Of a stretch of 64,000 nt of DNA, positions 29,932 through 39,321 are shown one piece after another. The position numbers were made by a program, and so were the translations under genes. The notes under the pieces were generated by a model that was not told the origin of the DNA, did not search any database, and saw only the letters and a list, made by a program, of their open reading frames with translations. The stretch is from Bacteroidetes bacterium UKL13-3 (GTDB lineage: Bacteria; Bacteroidota; Bacteroidia; UKL13-3). Numbering within the stretch: the stretch's first letter is position 1; each line of letters starts with the position of its first letter. The stretch spans positions 1,914,223 to 1,978,222 of the forward strand of contig CP012155.1 in assembly GCA_001602415.1 (NCBI GenBank), written 5' to 3'.

Positions 29932-31374
29932 TTATTGCCTAAATCGTTTGAGCCCTCTAGTTAATGATTCTTTATCAATTATTTGTAGAACTAGGATAAG
30001 TACAAAAGCTACCAAGCCATACGTAAACAATAAAGCTGGAACAGAAAACACATCCTTACTCTTTAAAAACACCAAAATGGCATAACACAAAAATCCAAAT
30101 ACAGGAAACTTGGCCAAATGTAAAAGGTTAATGCTAACAGTGATGCGTGTTAAAGCAAAATAGGTATTGGCCAGGGCAACAATTGAATGAGTTGCTAATG
30201 TTACCATAGCAGCTCCCAACGCGCCATATTTCGGAATAACATATAGATTAGCAGCAAAACTAAACAGTAACGCCATGAATGCCGCCTTAATTAACAGTGA
30301 CATTTTTCCTCTTGCAGTTACCAATGTCCCAAAAACATACATCACACTCATTGGCAAAACCGATGACATACACCATACAAAAACAGAAATATTATACTCG
30401 CTGTAATCATCATACAACAATTTCATTAACTCCGAACCGTACACATAACAATAAGCAACGCCCATTATTGCTGGCACAATTAACACCAGCATCGCTAATT
30501 TCACCAAAGGAGTGAGAGATTGACGTTTTCTAATAATGGAGGCAAACATTGGAAGCAACAAACCACTTACCAATACAGCCATCATGTTAACTGCCTCTAA
30601 CAATCGGGTACTTTGAGCATAAATTCCATTTTCGGTATCACCATCAACAGAAAGTTTTTTGATAAGCAACACATCTAATCGGGAGTATAACATCATTAAC
30701 AACGCCAATGTTGCATAGGGTAAGGATTTATAAAAAACAGGTTTTATCTGCTCCCAGGAAAAGGTAAATACTATAGATTTGAGTTGTGGCAATAATGTTC
30801 CAAAACTCACCAACATCGCAATTAAATATCCTAAACTTTGCACGTAAATAAACATTTCAATACTCACATCAACCGTCCACAAAAAAAGCAATGCAGCCCC
30901 TCCAACCAACATGGTAAGTCTATCAACAGCAGATATATAAGCATCTGTTCGATACCTCTGCAATCCTGTTAGGGTACTTCTAAAATACGTTGAGGCGTAT
31001 GCCATGCATTGATTTACACTCAGCGCCATCAATAAATACAATTCATGCCGCGTAAAACCATATAGCACACCGAATATGGCAGTTAGCAACAAGTAAGTAA
31101 TACCCAATATAGCCTTTAAGGAAAGTAATGGCACAAACTGCTTGCCAAGTAACCCTGGAGTGCGAGCCAAACTAGATGAATTATAATTGTTTATACCAAA
31201 ATCTAGCAGCAAACCCAAAATGAGAGAAAACGTAAACAAATTGGTGTAAATGCCATATTGTTCGAGTCCCAATCGGTTTTGAAAAGTTCGGTCAATACCC
31301 AAAATCCACAATGGCTTTACCAGTAGGTTAACGCCCAACGTAATGACAAGATTGGATAGAAACTTCTTTTGCAT
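29932..31374 (-). CDS. Wzx-like oligosaccharide flippase
   Basis: About 13-14 TM segments; DFGINN, R.DVLLIKKL…GIYAQ, LYVIPKYGALGAA. Confidence 0.9.
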   Translation of the reverse strand: MQKKFLSNLVITLGVNLLVKPLWILGIDRTFQNRLGLEQYGIYTNLFTFSLILGLLLDFGINNYNSSSLARTPGLLGKQFVPLLSLKAILGITYLLLTAIFGVLYGFTRHELYLLMALSVNQCMAYASTYFRSTLTGLQRYRTDAYISAVDRLTMLVGGAALLFLWTVDVSIEMFIYVQSLGYLIAMLVSFGTLLPQLKSIVFTFSWEQIKPVFYKSLPYATLALLMMLYSRLDVLLIKKLSVDGDTENGIYAQSTRLLEAVNMMAVLVSGLLLPMFASIIRKRQSLTPLVKLAMLVLIVPAIMGVAYCYVYGSELMKLLYDDYSEYNISVFVWCMSSVLPMSVMYVFGTLVTARGKMSLLIKAAFMALLFSFAANLYVIPKYGALGAAMVTLATHSIVALANTYFALTRITVSINLLHLAKFPVFGFLCYAILVFLKSKDVFSVPALLFTYGLVAFVLILVLQIIDKESLTRGLKRFRQ

Positions 31375-31423
31375 ACCAAATGGAATCGGTAAATGTAAAC
31401 ATTATACTTTATCATTGCAATGC

Positions 31424-32458
31424 ATGAAATCCTTTAGCAAAACATGGCGAGAAAAACTGGTTTACCTTGCTTCGATGTTGCTTAACAAAGCAATTAATCG
31501 TGGTAAGGATATAAAAGCATTTACGCCCAAACATATTTTGTGTATTAGGCAAGATGAAATTGGTGATATGTGCTATTCATTGCACGTATTCACGATGTTA
31601 AAACAACAATTTCCTGATGCAAAAATAACGCTGTTATGCAAACCTGCGGCAATTACGCTCCTCAACAATAATCCAAACATAACGCACCTCACTTCTAATT
31701 TTGGCGACCTCATTCATACCTATGATATAATGATTGATTTGAGGGGAACATGGAGGAGTATTTTATTTAGCCTTACTCATTGGCCAAAAGTTCGACTTGA
31801 CAGGGCAACGGTGCGTTTTGCCAATAGCAAAGCAGGTAAACACACACATGAGGTATTAACCAATTTGCAAGTTGTTGAACCTATTATCGACAAGCAAAAT
31901 AGAAATACTTCACCTCAAATTTTCACGAGCAAACCTGATAAAAAGAAGGCAGAAGACTTTTTAATTGATAACAATATTGGAGCGTTTGTTTTGTTGCACA
32001 TCGGAGCACGAAAAACATTGCGCAAATGGAATCAATTTGCACAACTGGCAACATATCTTAAAAAACAGAAAAATTTGAACATCGTTTTCACAGGTGATAA
32101 ATATGAAGTGAGAGAAATAAAAAAACTACAATCAACATTGGCTTTTGAAACCTATTCCATTGCTGGCTTTTTTAACCTTACCGAACTATCGGCACTTGCA
32201 GCTATGAGCAAATTGTATGTTGGAAATGAAAGCGGACCATTGCACATTGCAGCCGTGAGTGGAGCCAAATGTATTGGATTATATGGCCCTGGCGAACCTT
32301 ATGTGTTTTATCCATGGGGAAATAAATCGGAAGTAATACATCCTATTTTAGAATGCAATCCGTGCAACCAAATACATTGTGTGCATCCCGAAAATCCATG
32401 TATAAATCGCATCATGCTTAGTGAAGTTATTGAAAAAGTAGAACGCTTACTATATTGA
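31424..32458 (+). CDS. Glycosyltransferase family 9 (heptosyltransferase-like)
   Basis: RQDEIGD, LHIGA, LYVGNESGPLHIAA…IGLYGP, CNPC…C…C tail. Start moved to MKSFSK. Confidence 0.9.
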   Translation: MKSFSKTWREKLVYLASMLLNKAINRGKDIKAFTPKHILCIRQDEIGDMCYSLHVFTMLKQQFPDAKITLLCKPAAITLLNNNPNITHLTSNFGDLIHTYDIMIDLRGTWRSILFSLTHWPKVRLDRATVRFANSKAGKHTHEVLTNLQVVEPIIDKQNRNTSPQIFTSKPDKKKAEDFLIDNNIGAFVLLHIGARKTLRKWNQFAQLATYLKKQKNLNIVFTGDKYEVREIKKLQSTLAFETYSIAGFFNLTELSALAAMSKLYVGNESGPLHIAAVSGAKCIGLYGPGEPYVFYPWGNKSEVIHPILECNPCNQIHCVHPENPCINRIMLSEVIEKVERLLY

Positions 32459-32466
32459 CCTAACAG

Positions 32467-33069
32467 ATGGGACTCAAACGATATTTTCAGAAAGGCATTA
32501 TTGAAGCAGGTTGCGATGAAGCCGGAAGAGGTTGCCTAGCGGGACCTGTATTTGCTGCCGCGGTAATGTTAGATGAACGCAATCCAATTATTGGGTTAGA
32601 TGATTCTAAAAAATTAACGGATAAAAAACGAGAAGTGCTTCGTAAGGAGATTGAAGAAAAATCTTTAAGTTTTGGCGTGGCTATGCTCACCAATCAGGAA
32701 ATCGACCAGTATAATATTCTGCGAGCATCTTTTATGGCCATGCACCGCGCCATTGAAAAGTTGAGTGGAGAGCCTGAGTTGTTGCTCATTGATGGCAACC
32801 GTTTTATTCCATTCAAAAAAATACAACATGAGTGCATTGTTAAGGGTGATGCTAAATATCAGAGTATTGCGGCTGCAAGTATTTTAGCAAAAACCTACCG
32901 CGATGATTTTATGCGCAACTTGCACCAGCAATATCCATATTATGGTTGGTACAATAACATGGGATACCCAACAGTTGCTCATAGAGATGGCATTAAACAA
33001 CATGGCATCACTCCTTTTCACAGATTATCTTTTAACTTACTCAACGACCAACTAAGCTTAGATTTATAA
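32467..33069 (+). CDS. rnhB: Ribonuclease HII
   Basis: [42 protein letters not shown]. Confidence 0.97.
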   Translation: MGLKRYFQKGIIEAGCDEAGRGCLAGPVFAAAVMLDERNPIIGLDDSKKLTDKKREVLRKEIEEKSLSFGVAMLTNQEIDQYNILRASFMAMHRAIEKLSGEPELLLIDGNRFIPFKKIQHECIVKGDAKYQSIAAASILAKTYRDDFMRNLHQQYPYYGWYNNMGYPTVAHRDGIKQHGITPFHRLSFNLLNDQLSLDL

Positions 33070-33692
33070 TGTTTTTCACTTTCCACAATACAATCGAATT
33101 ATTAGGCATACTCGCCTTTGGTGTTTCGGGTGCGTTATCCGCTATGCAAAAACGACTCGATATTTTTGGCGTATTGGTTATCACTTTTATTACTGCCATT
33201 GGTGGAGGAACGTTGCGGGATATGCTAATAGGCAGTTTGCCTGTGGCATGGATTTTAGATTTACAAGCCATTACCACCTTACTGGTTGCCTACCTGCTAG
33301 CTTTATTCTTTAACAAATACATCCGACTGTACACTCATTTATTGTTTTGGTTGGATACTGCAGGACTTGCCTTGTTCTGCGTTGTGGCAATTGATAAGGG
33401 TATTGCTTTTAACCTTCACCCAATGGTATGTGTAGCATTGGGAACGATTACCGGTTGTTTTGGTGGTATTTTTAGGGATGTGGTATTGAATGAAATTCCT
33501 TATGTTTTTAGAAAAGATGTATATGCCTCTGCTTGTATTGCAGGGGGAATTGTGTTTTTCGGATTGATTCATTTCATTGACGATCGTAACCTAATTAGCA
33601 TCCTCTCTGGTGTTGTAATTGCTTTAATTCGGATTGGTGCCAAATATTTTGGATTGCAGATGCCGGATATTTATGGAGGAAAGAAATCGTAA
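33069..33692 (+). CDS. UPF0126 / TRIC-channel family membrane protein
   Basis: Duplicated GILAFGVSGAL…GGGTLRD / DTAGL…GGIFRD repeats. Confidence 0.92.
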   Translation: MFFTFHNTIELLGILAFGVSGALSAMQKRLDIFGVLVITFITAIGGGTLRDMLIGSLPVAWILDLQAITTLLVAYLLALFFNKYIRLYTHLLFWLDTAGLALFCVVAIDKGIAFNLHPMVCVALGTITGCFGGIFRDVVLNEIPYVFRKDVYASACIAGGIVFFGLIHFIDDRNLISILSGVVIALIRIGAKYFGLQMPDIYGGKKS

Positions 33693-33714
33693 TTGTCTCA
33701 AGGAATTAGAACGC

Positions 33715-33984
33715 TCAGCGTTGAATGGTAAAGTGAGTGAATCCCCGAAACACACCTTCAACTATTTCAACTTTTGCAACATCCGACATCGGTGAACCTT
33801 TTTGGCACCATTCTATAAACTGCTGTAATTCCAATCCCTCGCCTTCAACTTCGCAATAAACATTGCCATTGGGTTCATTTCTCACAAATCCTTTTACACC
33901 CAATTGAATTGCTTGCTCAAGGGTATATTTTCTAAAGAATACTCCTTGCACTTTACCTGTTATGGTTATGTTGAAATGCTTCAT
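33715..33984 (-). CDS. acyP: Acylphosphatase
   Basis: GKVQGVFFR, GFVRN, GSP. Confidence 0.95.
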   Translation of the reverse strand: MKHFNITITGKVQGVFFRKYTLEQAIQLGVKGFVRNEPNGNVYCEVEGEGLELQQFIEWCQKGSPMSDVAKVEIVEGVFRGFTHFTIQR

Positions 33985-33985
33985 A

Positions 33986-34459
33986 TTATAAGCTCAATTG
34001 TTCTCGAATTTCTTTTAATAAAACATCGCACGAACGCTCGAGCATATCAAACACCTCCACAAAACCATCCAATTCTCCATAATACGGATCAGGAACATCT
34101 TCATTGGGATGTTTGATATCATAGGCGCGCATCAATTTAACCGTTGCTTTGTGAGTTGATGGTTCCAGTATAAGAATATTTTGCAAGTTCTGTTTATCCA
34201 TAGCCAGTATATAATCGAACTGCTGAAAATGCTCTTGGGTAAAAGCTCTTGCCCGATGTGTAAGTGTAATACCCATTTCTTCCGATACTTTGCAAGCTCT
34301 TACATCAGGTAACGAACCTATGTGATAAGATGCAGTCCCAGCCGAATCTACTAATATCTCATCACTTAAACCTGCATCGTTTACCATACGCTGAAAAATG
34401 CCATGTGCCAGTGGCGAGCGACAAATATTTCCTAAACAAACAAACAGTACTTTTTTCAT
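33986..34459 (-). CDS. Low-molecular-weight protein-tyrosine phosphatase
   Basis: VCLGNICRS P-loop, DSAGT, DPYY. Start moved to MKKVLF. Confidence 0.95.
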   Translation of the reverse strand: MKKVLFVCLGNICRSPLAHGIFQRMVNDAGLSDEILVDSAGTASYHIGSLPDVRACKVSEEMGITLTHRARAFTQEHFQQFDYILAMDKQNLQNILILEPSTHKATVKLMRAYDIKHPNEDVPDPYYGELDGFVEVFDMLERSCDVLLKEIREQLSL

Positions 34460-34619
34460 CGTACAAGTATATGTAATGAAAAGAATATTGAATTGTTTGA
34501 GAACACTTCCACACAAGAATATTGAAACATTCAGCCATAAAAGTGTAACACTTAGTATTTGATTGTAAACGACTTTCTAGCCCTCATGAAAATTCTTTCA
34601 TGGGAATGATTAACACAAT

Positions 34620-35387
34620 ATGAAACACTTTAAAATAATCTTCGGTACCATCTTACTTGTTGCTGTTGCTATGATGAATGCTTGTAAAAAAGATTCTCCG
34701 GTAGAAAACTACCCATACGAAGTAAGAATGACGGATGCACCCGGTAAATACGATGCAGTATTTGTTGATGTAATTGGCGTTGAAGTAACAGCAGGTGATG
34801 GAAAAATAGTTGCTTTAAATATCCACTCGGGAATTTACAATCTGTTAAACTTTACCAATGGATTGGATACCTTAATTGCAACATCAACATTACACTCGGC
34901 ATCAGTTGAGCAAATCCGATTGATTCTTGGTCCTAATAATTCGGTAGTAGTAAAAGGTATAAGTTATCCATTGACCACTCCAAGTGCAGAACAATCAGGA
35001 TTGAAGTTACAAGTTCACCAAAGTTTACAAGCAGGTGTTTTGTATAGTGTTTTGTTAGATTTTGATGTAAACAAATCAATTACAGAAACAGGTAATGGAA
35101 CATATAAACTCAAACCCGTTATTCGCACAATTGAGAAAGCATTTAGCGGCTCCATTAATGGTTTCATTGAACCTGCAAATTCATATGTTATGGTAACAGC
35201 AGTAGCCAGCAATAATGTTTCATTTACGACCATAGCCAATCAAGATGGTTACTTTTTATTAAGCGGTATTCCAACAGGAACGTACACTGTAATTTTGAAT
35301 CCGGATGCTCCTTTGAATTCGATTACCATAACTGATGTTAAGGTTAGTATTGGTGTAACAACTCAATTAGGCCCGATACGTTTGTAA
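34620..35387 (+). CDS. DUF4382-like lipoprotein with C-terminal carboxypeptidase-regulatory-like domain
   Basis: Lipobox MNAC; VRMTDAP, QIRLILG, LLDFDV, YKLKPVIR. Confidence 0.85.
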   Translation: MKHFKIIFGTILLVAVAMMNACKKDSPVENYPYEVRMTDAPGKYDAVFVDVIGVEVTAGDGKIVALNIHSGIYNLLNFTNGLDTLIATSTLHSASVEQIRLILGPNNSVVVKGISYPLTTPSAEQSGLKLQVHQSLQAGVLYSVLLDFDVNKSITETGNGTYKLKPVIRTIEKAFSGSINGFIEPANSYVMVTAVASNNVSFTTIANQDGYFLLSGIPTGTYTVILNPDAPLNSITITDVKVSIGVTTQLGPIRL

Positions 35388-35407
35388 ATAGTATTTTACC
35401 TAAAATA

Positions 35408-35441
35408 ATAAAAGCCGGTAAGTTTATGTATCGGCTTTTAT
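35408..35441. terminator. Bidirectional terminator between convergent genes
   Basis: ATAAAAGCCG…CGGCTTTTAT arms. Confidence 0.75.
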
Positions 35442-35479
35442 TGTTTTAAATAGACTGATTTAAATTAAGGAAATCACTT

Positions 35480-35896
35480 TCAATTTATTGAACCTGTATC
35501 AGTTTCTAATTTAAGCAATAAACAATCTCCACTTTTTGTAACTTCTTGTCCACCCTGAGAACAACTACCCGAAATGCCATTTTCTCTTAGTTTACAAATA
35601 CTCTTGTGAACTTCTTCTCCATTTCTATTTTTCACAACAAAATTATGCTCGCCACTTTTGAGTAAAAATGTGAGCGATGAGGTATCTATACCCTGCTGTC
35701 CGCATGTTAAAGATGATTGCGTATAATCCGGCAACACACCTTTGTATTCTCCATTTATGAATACAGATAAGGGACGAGGATTAAAAGCATCACCTCCATA
35801 AATATGAGCAGTTACAGTTATCTCTTTTTCTTTTCTACATGAAACAATAAATAGAACTGTTATTAAAATAAGGATTTGGTTTTTCGAGATTTTCAT
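35480..35896 (-). CDS. Hypothetical lipoprotein
   Basis: Lipobox IVSC-RK; SVFINGEYKG; 4 further Cys. Confidence 0.75.
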   Translation of the reverse strand: MKISKNQILILITVLFIVSCRKEKEITVTAHIYGGDAFNPRPLSVFINGEYKGVLPDYTQSSLTCGQQGIDTSSLTFLLKSGEHNFVVKNRNGEEVHKSICKLRENGISGSCSQGGQEVTKSGDCLLLKLETDTGSIN

Positions 35897-36204
35897 AGTT
35901 TGTTAAAATTTAGCTACAAACATAAAACGTTAGCCTTTAAATAAATATTAAAAAGTTGTAAAATATTTACGATAAAAATGCCACAGATTACAGATGGATA
36001 TTTGAAATTAAATACTCAATTATGAATGACTGATATTTCCTGCATGTTATTCCATTTAATGAGTGATCCCGATAGCTATAACCGTATTCTCCTTTTTAAA
36101 TTACCAATATAGTATTCCAACTTGCCAACAAAAATTAAACGAATTGCTATGATTTCGCTCACAGCATCTATCAGTATCATCAAACCCTTATCAGATTCTT
36201 TTTA

Positions 36205-36212
36205 TACTTTTG
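36205..36212 (+). promoter_or_regulatory. -7 element TACTTTTG, 4 nt before the SMR ATG
   Basis: Exact consensus match. Confidence 0.6.
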
Positions 36213-36216
36213 ACAC

Positions 36217-36543
36217 ATGAATTGGATACTCTTAATTATTGCAGGACTTTTTGAAGTGGGATTTGCTACTTGTTTGGGTAAGGCTAAAGAAACCTCTGAC
36301 AGCTCATCAATATGGTGGATAGTGGGATTTTTCGCATGCTTAACAGTGAGTATGTATTTATTGTATAAAGTAACGCAAACCTTACCCATTGGAACGGCTT
36401 ATGCCGTGTGGACAGGCATTGGCGCTGTAGGCACTGTATTGGTAGGCATTTTCATCTTTAAAGAACCAGCCGATTTCTGGAGAGTATTTTTTATCGTTAC
36501 GTTAATTACTTCTATTGTTGGATTGAAAGCCGTTTCACACTAG
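36217..36543 (+). CDS. SMR family efflux transporter (SugE/Gdx-like)
   Basis: WILLIIAGLFEV (membrane-embedded Glu), PIGTAYAVWTGIG, GLK. Confidence 0.93.
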   Translation: MNWILLIIAGLFEVGFATCLGKAKETSDSSSIWWIVGFFACLTVSMYLLYKVTQTLPIGTAYAVWTGIGAVGTVLVGIFIFKEPADFWRVFFIVTLITSIVGLKAVSH

Positions 36544-36556
36544 TGCTCACATAATT

Positions 36557-36590
36557 AAAAAAGCCCGAAACATTGCTATTTCGGGCTTCT
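36557..36590. terminator. Bidirectional terminator (SMR / pruA)
   Basis: AAGCCCGAAA…TTTCGGGCTT stem. Confidence 0.8.
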
Positions 36591-36643
36591 ATTGTTATTG
36601 AGTTCCTATATCTCAATTCTTAAATCTTCATTCTTAAATCATT

Positions 36644-38272
36644 TTACTCTTTATCCAAAAATGGATAGCGATAATCGGTTGGAGCAGCAAATGTTTCCTT
36701 GATGGTACGCATTGATGTCCATCTTAACAAGTTTACCATCGCTCCCGCTTTATCGTTGGTACCGCTTGCACGTGCTCCCCCAAAAGGTTGCTGTCCAACA
36801 ACTGCTCCTGTTGGTTTATCATTGATATAGAAGTTACCGGCTGCGTTACGCAATTTTTTAGTAGCTAACTCAATTGCGTATCTGTCTTCAGCAATAATAG
36901 AACCCGTTAAAGCATACTCAGAAGTTGAATCAACCAATGCCAATGTTTCTTCGTATTTTTCGGCATCGTAAACATACACCGTTAATACAGGACCAAAAAT
37001 TTCTTCGCACATTGTTTTGTATTTAGGATCTTTGGTAACGATAACCGTAGGAGCTACAAAGTAACCCGAAGATTTATCATACGTTCCACCCGCAATGATT
37101 TCGCAGTTATCATCTTTCTTTGCTTCTTCAATATAGTTTGCAATTTTATCGAATGATTTTTCGTCAATCACCGCATTAATGAAATTACCAAAATCTTCGG
37201 TTGGTCCCATTTTAAAGGTAGCCATATCGGCAATCATTTTTTCTTTAATGGCAGGCCACAAATTTGACGGCACATATACGCGCGATGCAGCCGAACATTT
37301 TTGTCCTTGGTATTCGAATGCTCCACGAACAATAGCCGTAGCAGTCATTTCCACTTCTGCACTTTTGTGAATCATGATAAAATCCTTACCCCCGGTTTCA
37401 CCTACAATGCGTGGGTATGTTTTGAATTTATGAATATTGTTACCAATCGTTTTCCAAACATTTTGGAACACTCCGGTTGAACCGGTAAAATGGATTCCGG
37501 CAAAATCAGGATGCGAGAATATCACATCACCTGCATCGGGTCCGCTCACGTAAACAAGGTTAATCACACCATCCGGTAAACCTGCTTTTTTGAAAATTTC
37601 CATCAACACATTGGCAGCATATACTTGTGTATTGGCTGGTTTCCAAACCACCACATTTCCCATCATTGCAGCCGATGTAGGCAAGTTACCGGCAATTGCT
37701 GTGAAGTTAAAAGGTGTTAAGGCAAAGACAAAACCTTCGAGCGGACGGTATTCTATGCGGTTCCACATACCCTTACCCGAAACTGGTTGCTCGCGGTAAA
37801 TTTGGGTCATAAAGTTTACGTTGAAACGCAAGAAATCAATTAACTCGCAAGCCGCATCAATCTCTGCCTGGTAAGCATTTTTACTCTGCCCCAACATGGT
37901 TGCTGCATTTAATTTAGCGCGGTAAGGACCGGCAATTAAATCGGCTGCACGTAAAAATATGGCTGCACGTTGCTCCCATGCCAAATCTTCCCATTTGCTT
38001 TTTGCTGCTAATGCAGCATCAATTGCTTTTGTTACATGAGTTTTATCTCCTTGATGAAAATGACCTAAAGTATGTTTGTGATCATGCGGGGGCGACATTC
38101 TCATTTTGTTACCTGTTCTTACTTCCTCGCCACCAATGTACATGGGTACATCTAATTCTTTGCTGCGCGCATTGGCAAGAGCAGCCTTTAATTCAGCTCG
38201 TTCTTTACTGCCGGGAGCATAGTTTAAAACCAGTTCATTAATGGGTGCTGGTACGTTAAAAAATCCGTTCAT
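36644..38272 (-). CDS. pruA: L-glutamate gamma-semialdehyde (P5C) dehydrogenase
   Basis: NE.VLNYAPGS.ER, TPFNFTAI, FTGST, ETGGKD, FEYQGQKCSA, EEIFGP, QQPFGG. Confidence 0.96.
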   Translation of the reverse strand: MNGFFNVPAPINELVLNYAPGSKERAELKAALANARSKELDVPMYIGGEEVRTGNKMRMSPPHDHKHTLGHFHQGDKTHVTKAIDAALAAKSKWEDLAWEQRAAIFLRAADLIAGPYRAKLNAATMLGQSKNAYQAEIDAACELIDFLRFNVNFMTQIYREQPVSGKGMWNRIEYRPLEGFVFALTPFNFTAIAGNLPTSAAMMGNVVVWKPANTQVYAANVLMEIFKKAGLPDGVINLVYVSGPDAGDVIFSHPDFAGIHFTGSTGVFQNVWKTIGNNIHKFKTYPRIVGETGGKDFIMIHKSAEVEMTATAIVRGAFEYQGQKCSAASRVYVPSNLWPAIKEKMIADMATFKMGPTEDFGNFINAVIDEKSFDKIANYIEEAKKDDNCEIIAGGTYDKSSGYFVAPTVIVTKDPKYKTMCEEIFGPVLTVYVYDAEKYEETLALVDSTSEYALTGSIIAEDRYAIELATKKLRNAAGNFYINDKPTGAVVGQQPFGGARASGTNDKAGAMVNLLRWTSMRTIKETFAAPTDYRYPFLDKE

Positions 38273-38425
38273 GTATGTATGTGTTTTGTTAATAGTTAAT
38301 GAGTAATTAAGTTATTGGTCATAGCATTTTAAACCCGTAATAAACAACCCGTAATTCTAATTGCCCCGCGAATATACTTGCCTAACCCAAAACTACAAAG
38401 GTGATAATTAGCAGTTGAGATGGGA

Positions 38426-38453
38426 GGTTATTGGTTATTGGTTATTGGTTATT
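38426..38453. repeat. Heptamer tandem repeat (GGTTATT)x4
   Basis: Counted directly. Confidence 0.95.
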
Positions 38454-38472
38454 AGCTAACAACCTGAACTGC

Positions 38473-38532
38473 CTGCTTACTGCTTACTGCTTACTGCTTA
38501 CTGCTTACTGCTTACTGCTTACTGCTTACTGC
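38473..38532. repeat. Heptamer tandem repeat (CTGCTTA)x8 plus a partial unit
   Basis: Counted directly. Confidence 0.97.
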
Positions 38533-38574
38533 CTAGCCAAACACAATCTTCCTTCGTAAATCTCAAATCTCCCC

Positions 38575-38582
38575 TACTTTTG
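38575..38582 (+). promoter_or_regulatory. -7 element TACTTTTG, 4 nt before the mnmD ATG
   Basis: Exact consensus match. Confidence 0.6.
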
Positions 38583-38586
38583 TGGG

Positions 38587-39321
38587 ATGTCGCTTGAAGT
38601 ACACCTAACTAAAGATTTATCCCATACGTTATACGTTACAGAGTTGGATGAAACCTACCATTCCAGAAATGGAGCTCTGGAGGAGGCTTTGTATGTGTAT
38701 ATCGGAAAAGGTTTATTGGATTTTATCAATCATTCAAAAACAGAAAATAATAGGAGTCAAACAAAAGAAATTTCGATTCTTGAAATTGGTTATGGAACTG
38801 GTTTAAACACATGGCTCACTGCAATGGAATGCGCAAAATTAAACATAAAATGTAACTATACTTCCTTAGAAACTGTTCCACTTCCTTTGGAATTGATTAA
38901 TCAGTTAAACTACACCGATAACGTAACAGAACTGAACAAAGAACTTTTTTTTCAACTTCATGAATCGGCATGGAATAGCACCATTGAGGTTTCGAACAAT
39001 TTCACCTTACAAAAAATCCATACTTCATTACAAAATCTCATCCCCAAAACCTCATTTGATATCATTTATTTTGATGCCTTCGCTCCCGAAAAGCAACCCG
39101 AATTATGGACAAAAGAACTGTTTCAAAAACTATTCGATTGTTTGAATACAAATGGTTCGATTGTAACATACTCCAGCAAAGGCGAAGTTAAACGCATTTG
39201 GAAAGAGATTGGATTTACCGTTGAACGATTACCCGGTCCGCCCATGAAAAGACATATGTTGCGAGGCCGAAAAACAGCAAAGTCAACACCTAATCAGTAT
39301 ACCGAAAACACTCATGGATAA
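38587..39321 (+). CDS. mnmD: tRNA mnm5s2U34 methyltransferase (MnmC N-terminal-domain-like, MnmD)
   Basis: ETYHS, LEIGYGTGLN, YFDAFAP.KQPELW, TYS.KG, LPGPP.KRHML. Confidence 0.9.
   Translation: MSLEVHLTKDLSHTLYVTELDETYHSRNGALEEALYVYIGKGLLDFINHSKTENNRSQTKEISILEIGYGTGLNTWLTAMECAKLNIKCNYTSLETVPLPLELINQLNYTDNVTELNKELFFQLHESAWNSTIEVSNNFTLQKIHTSLQNLIPKTSFDIIYFDAFAPEKQPELWTKELFQKLFDCLNTNGSIVTYSSKGEVKRIWKEIGFTVERLPGPPMKRHMLRGRKTAKSTPNQYTENTHG

Noticed and set aside
36000-36216. Guanidine riboswitch upstream of the SMR transporter
   Set aside because: No recognisable riboswitch motif, and the -7 element 4 nt from the ATG leaves no room for a leader.
38426-38532. Repeat arrays as a CRISPR
   Set aside because: The 7-nt units are contiguous with no spacers, and there are no cas genes in the window.
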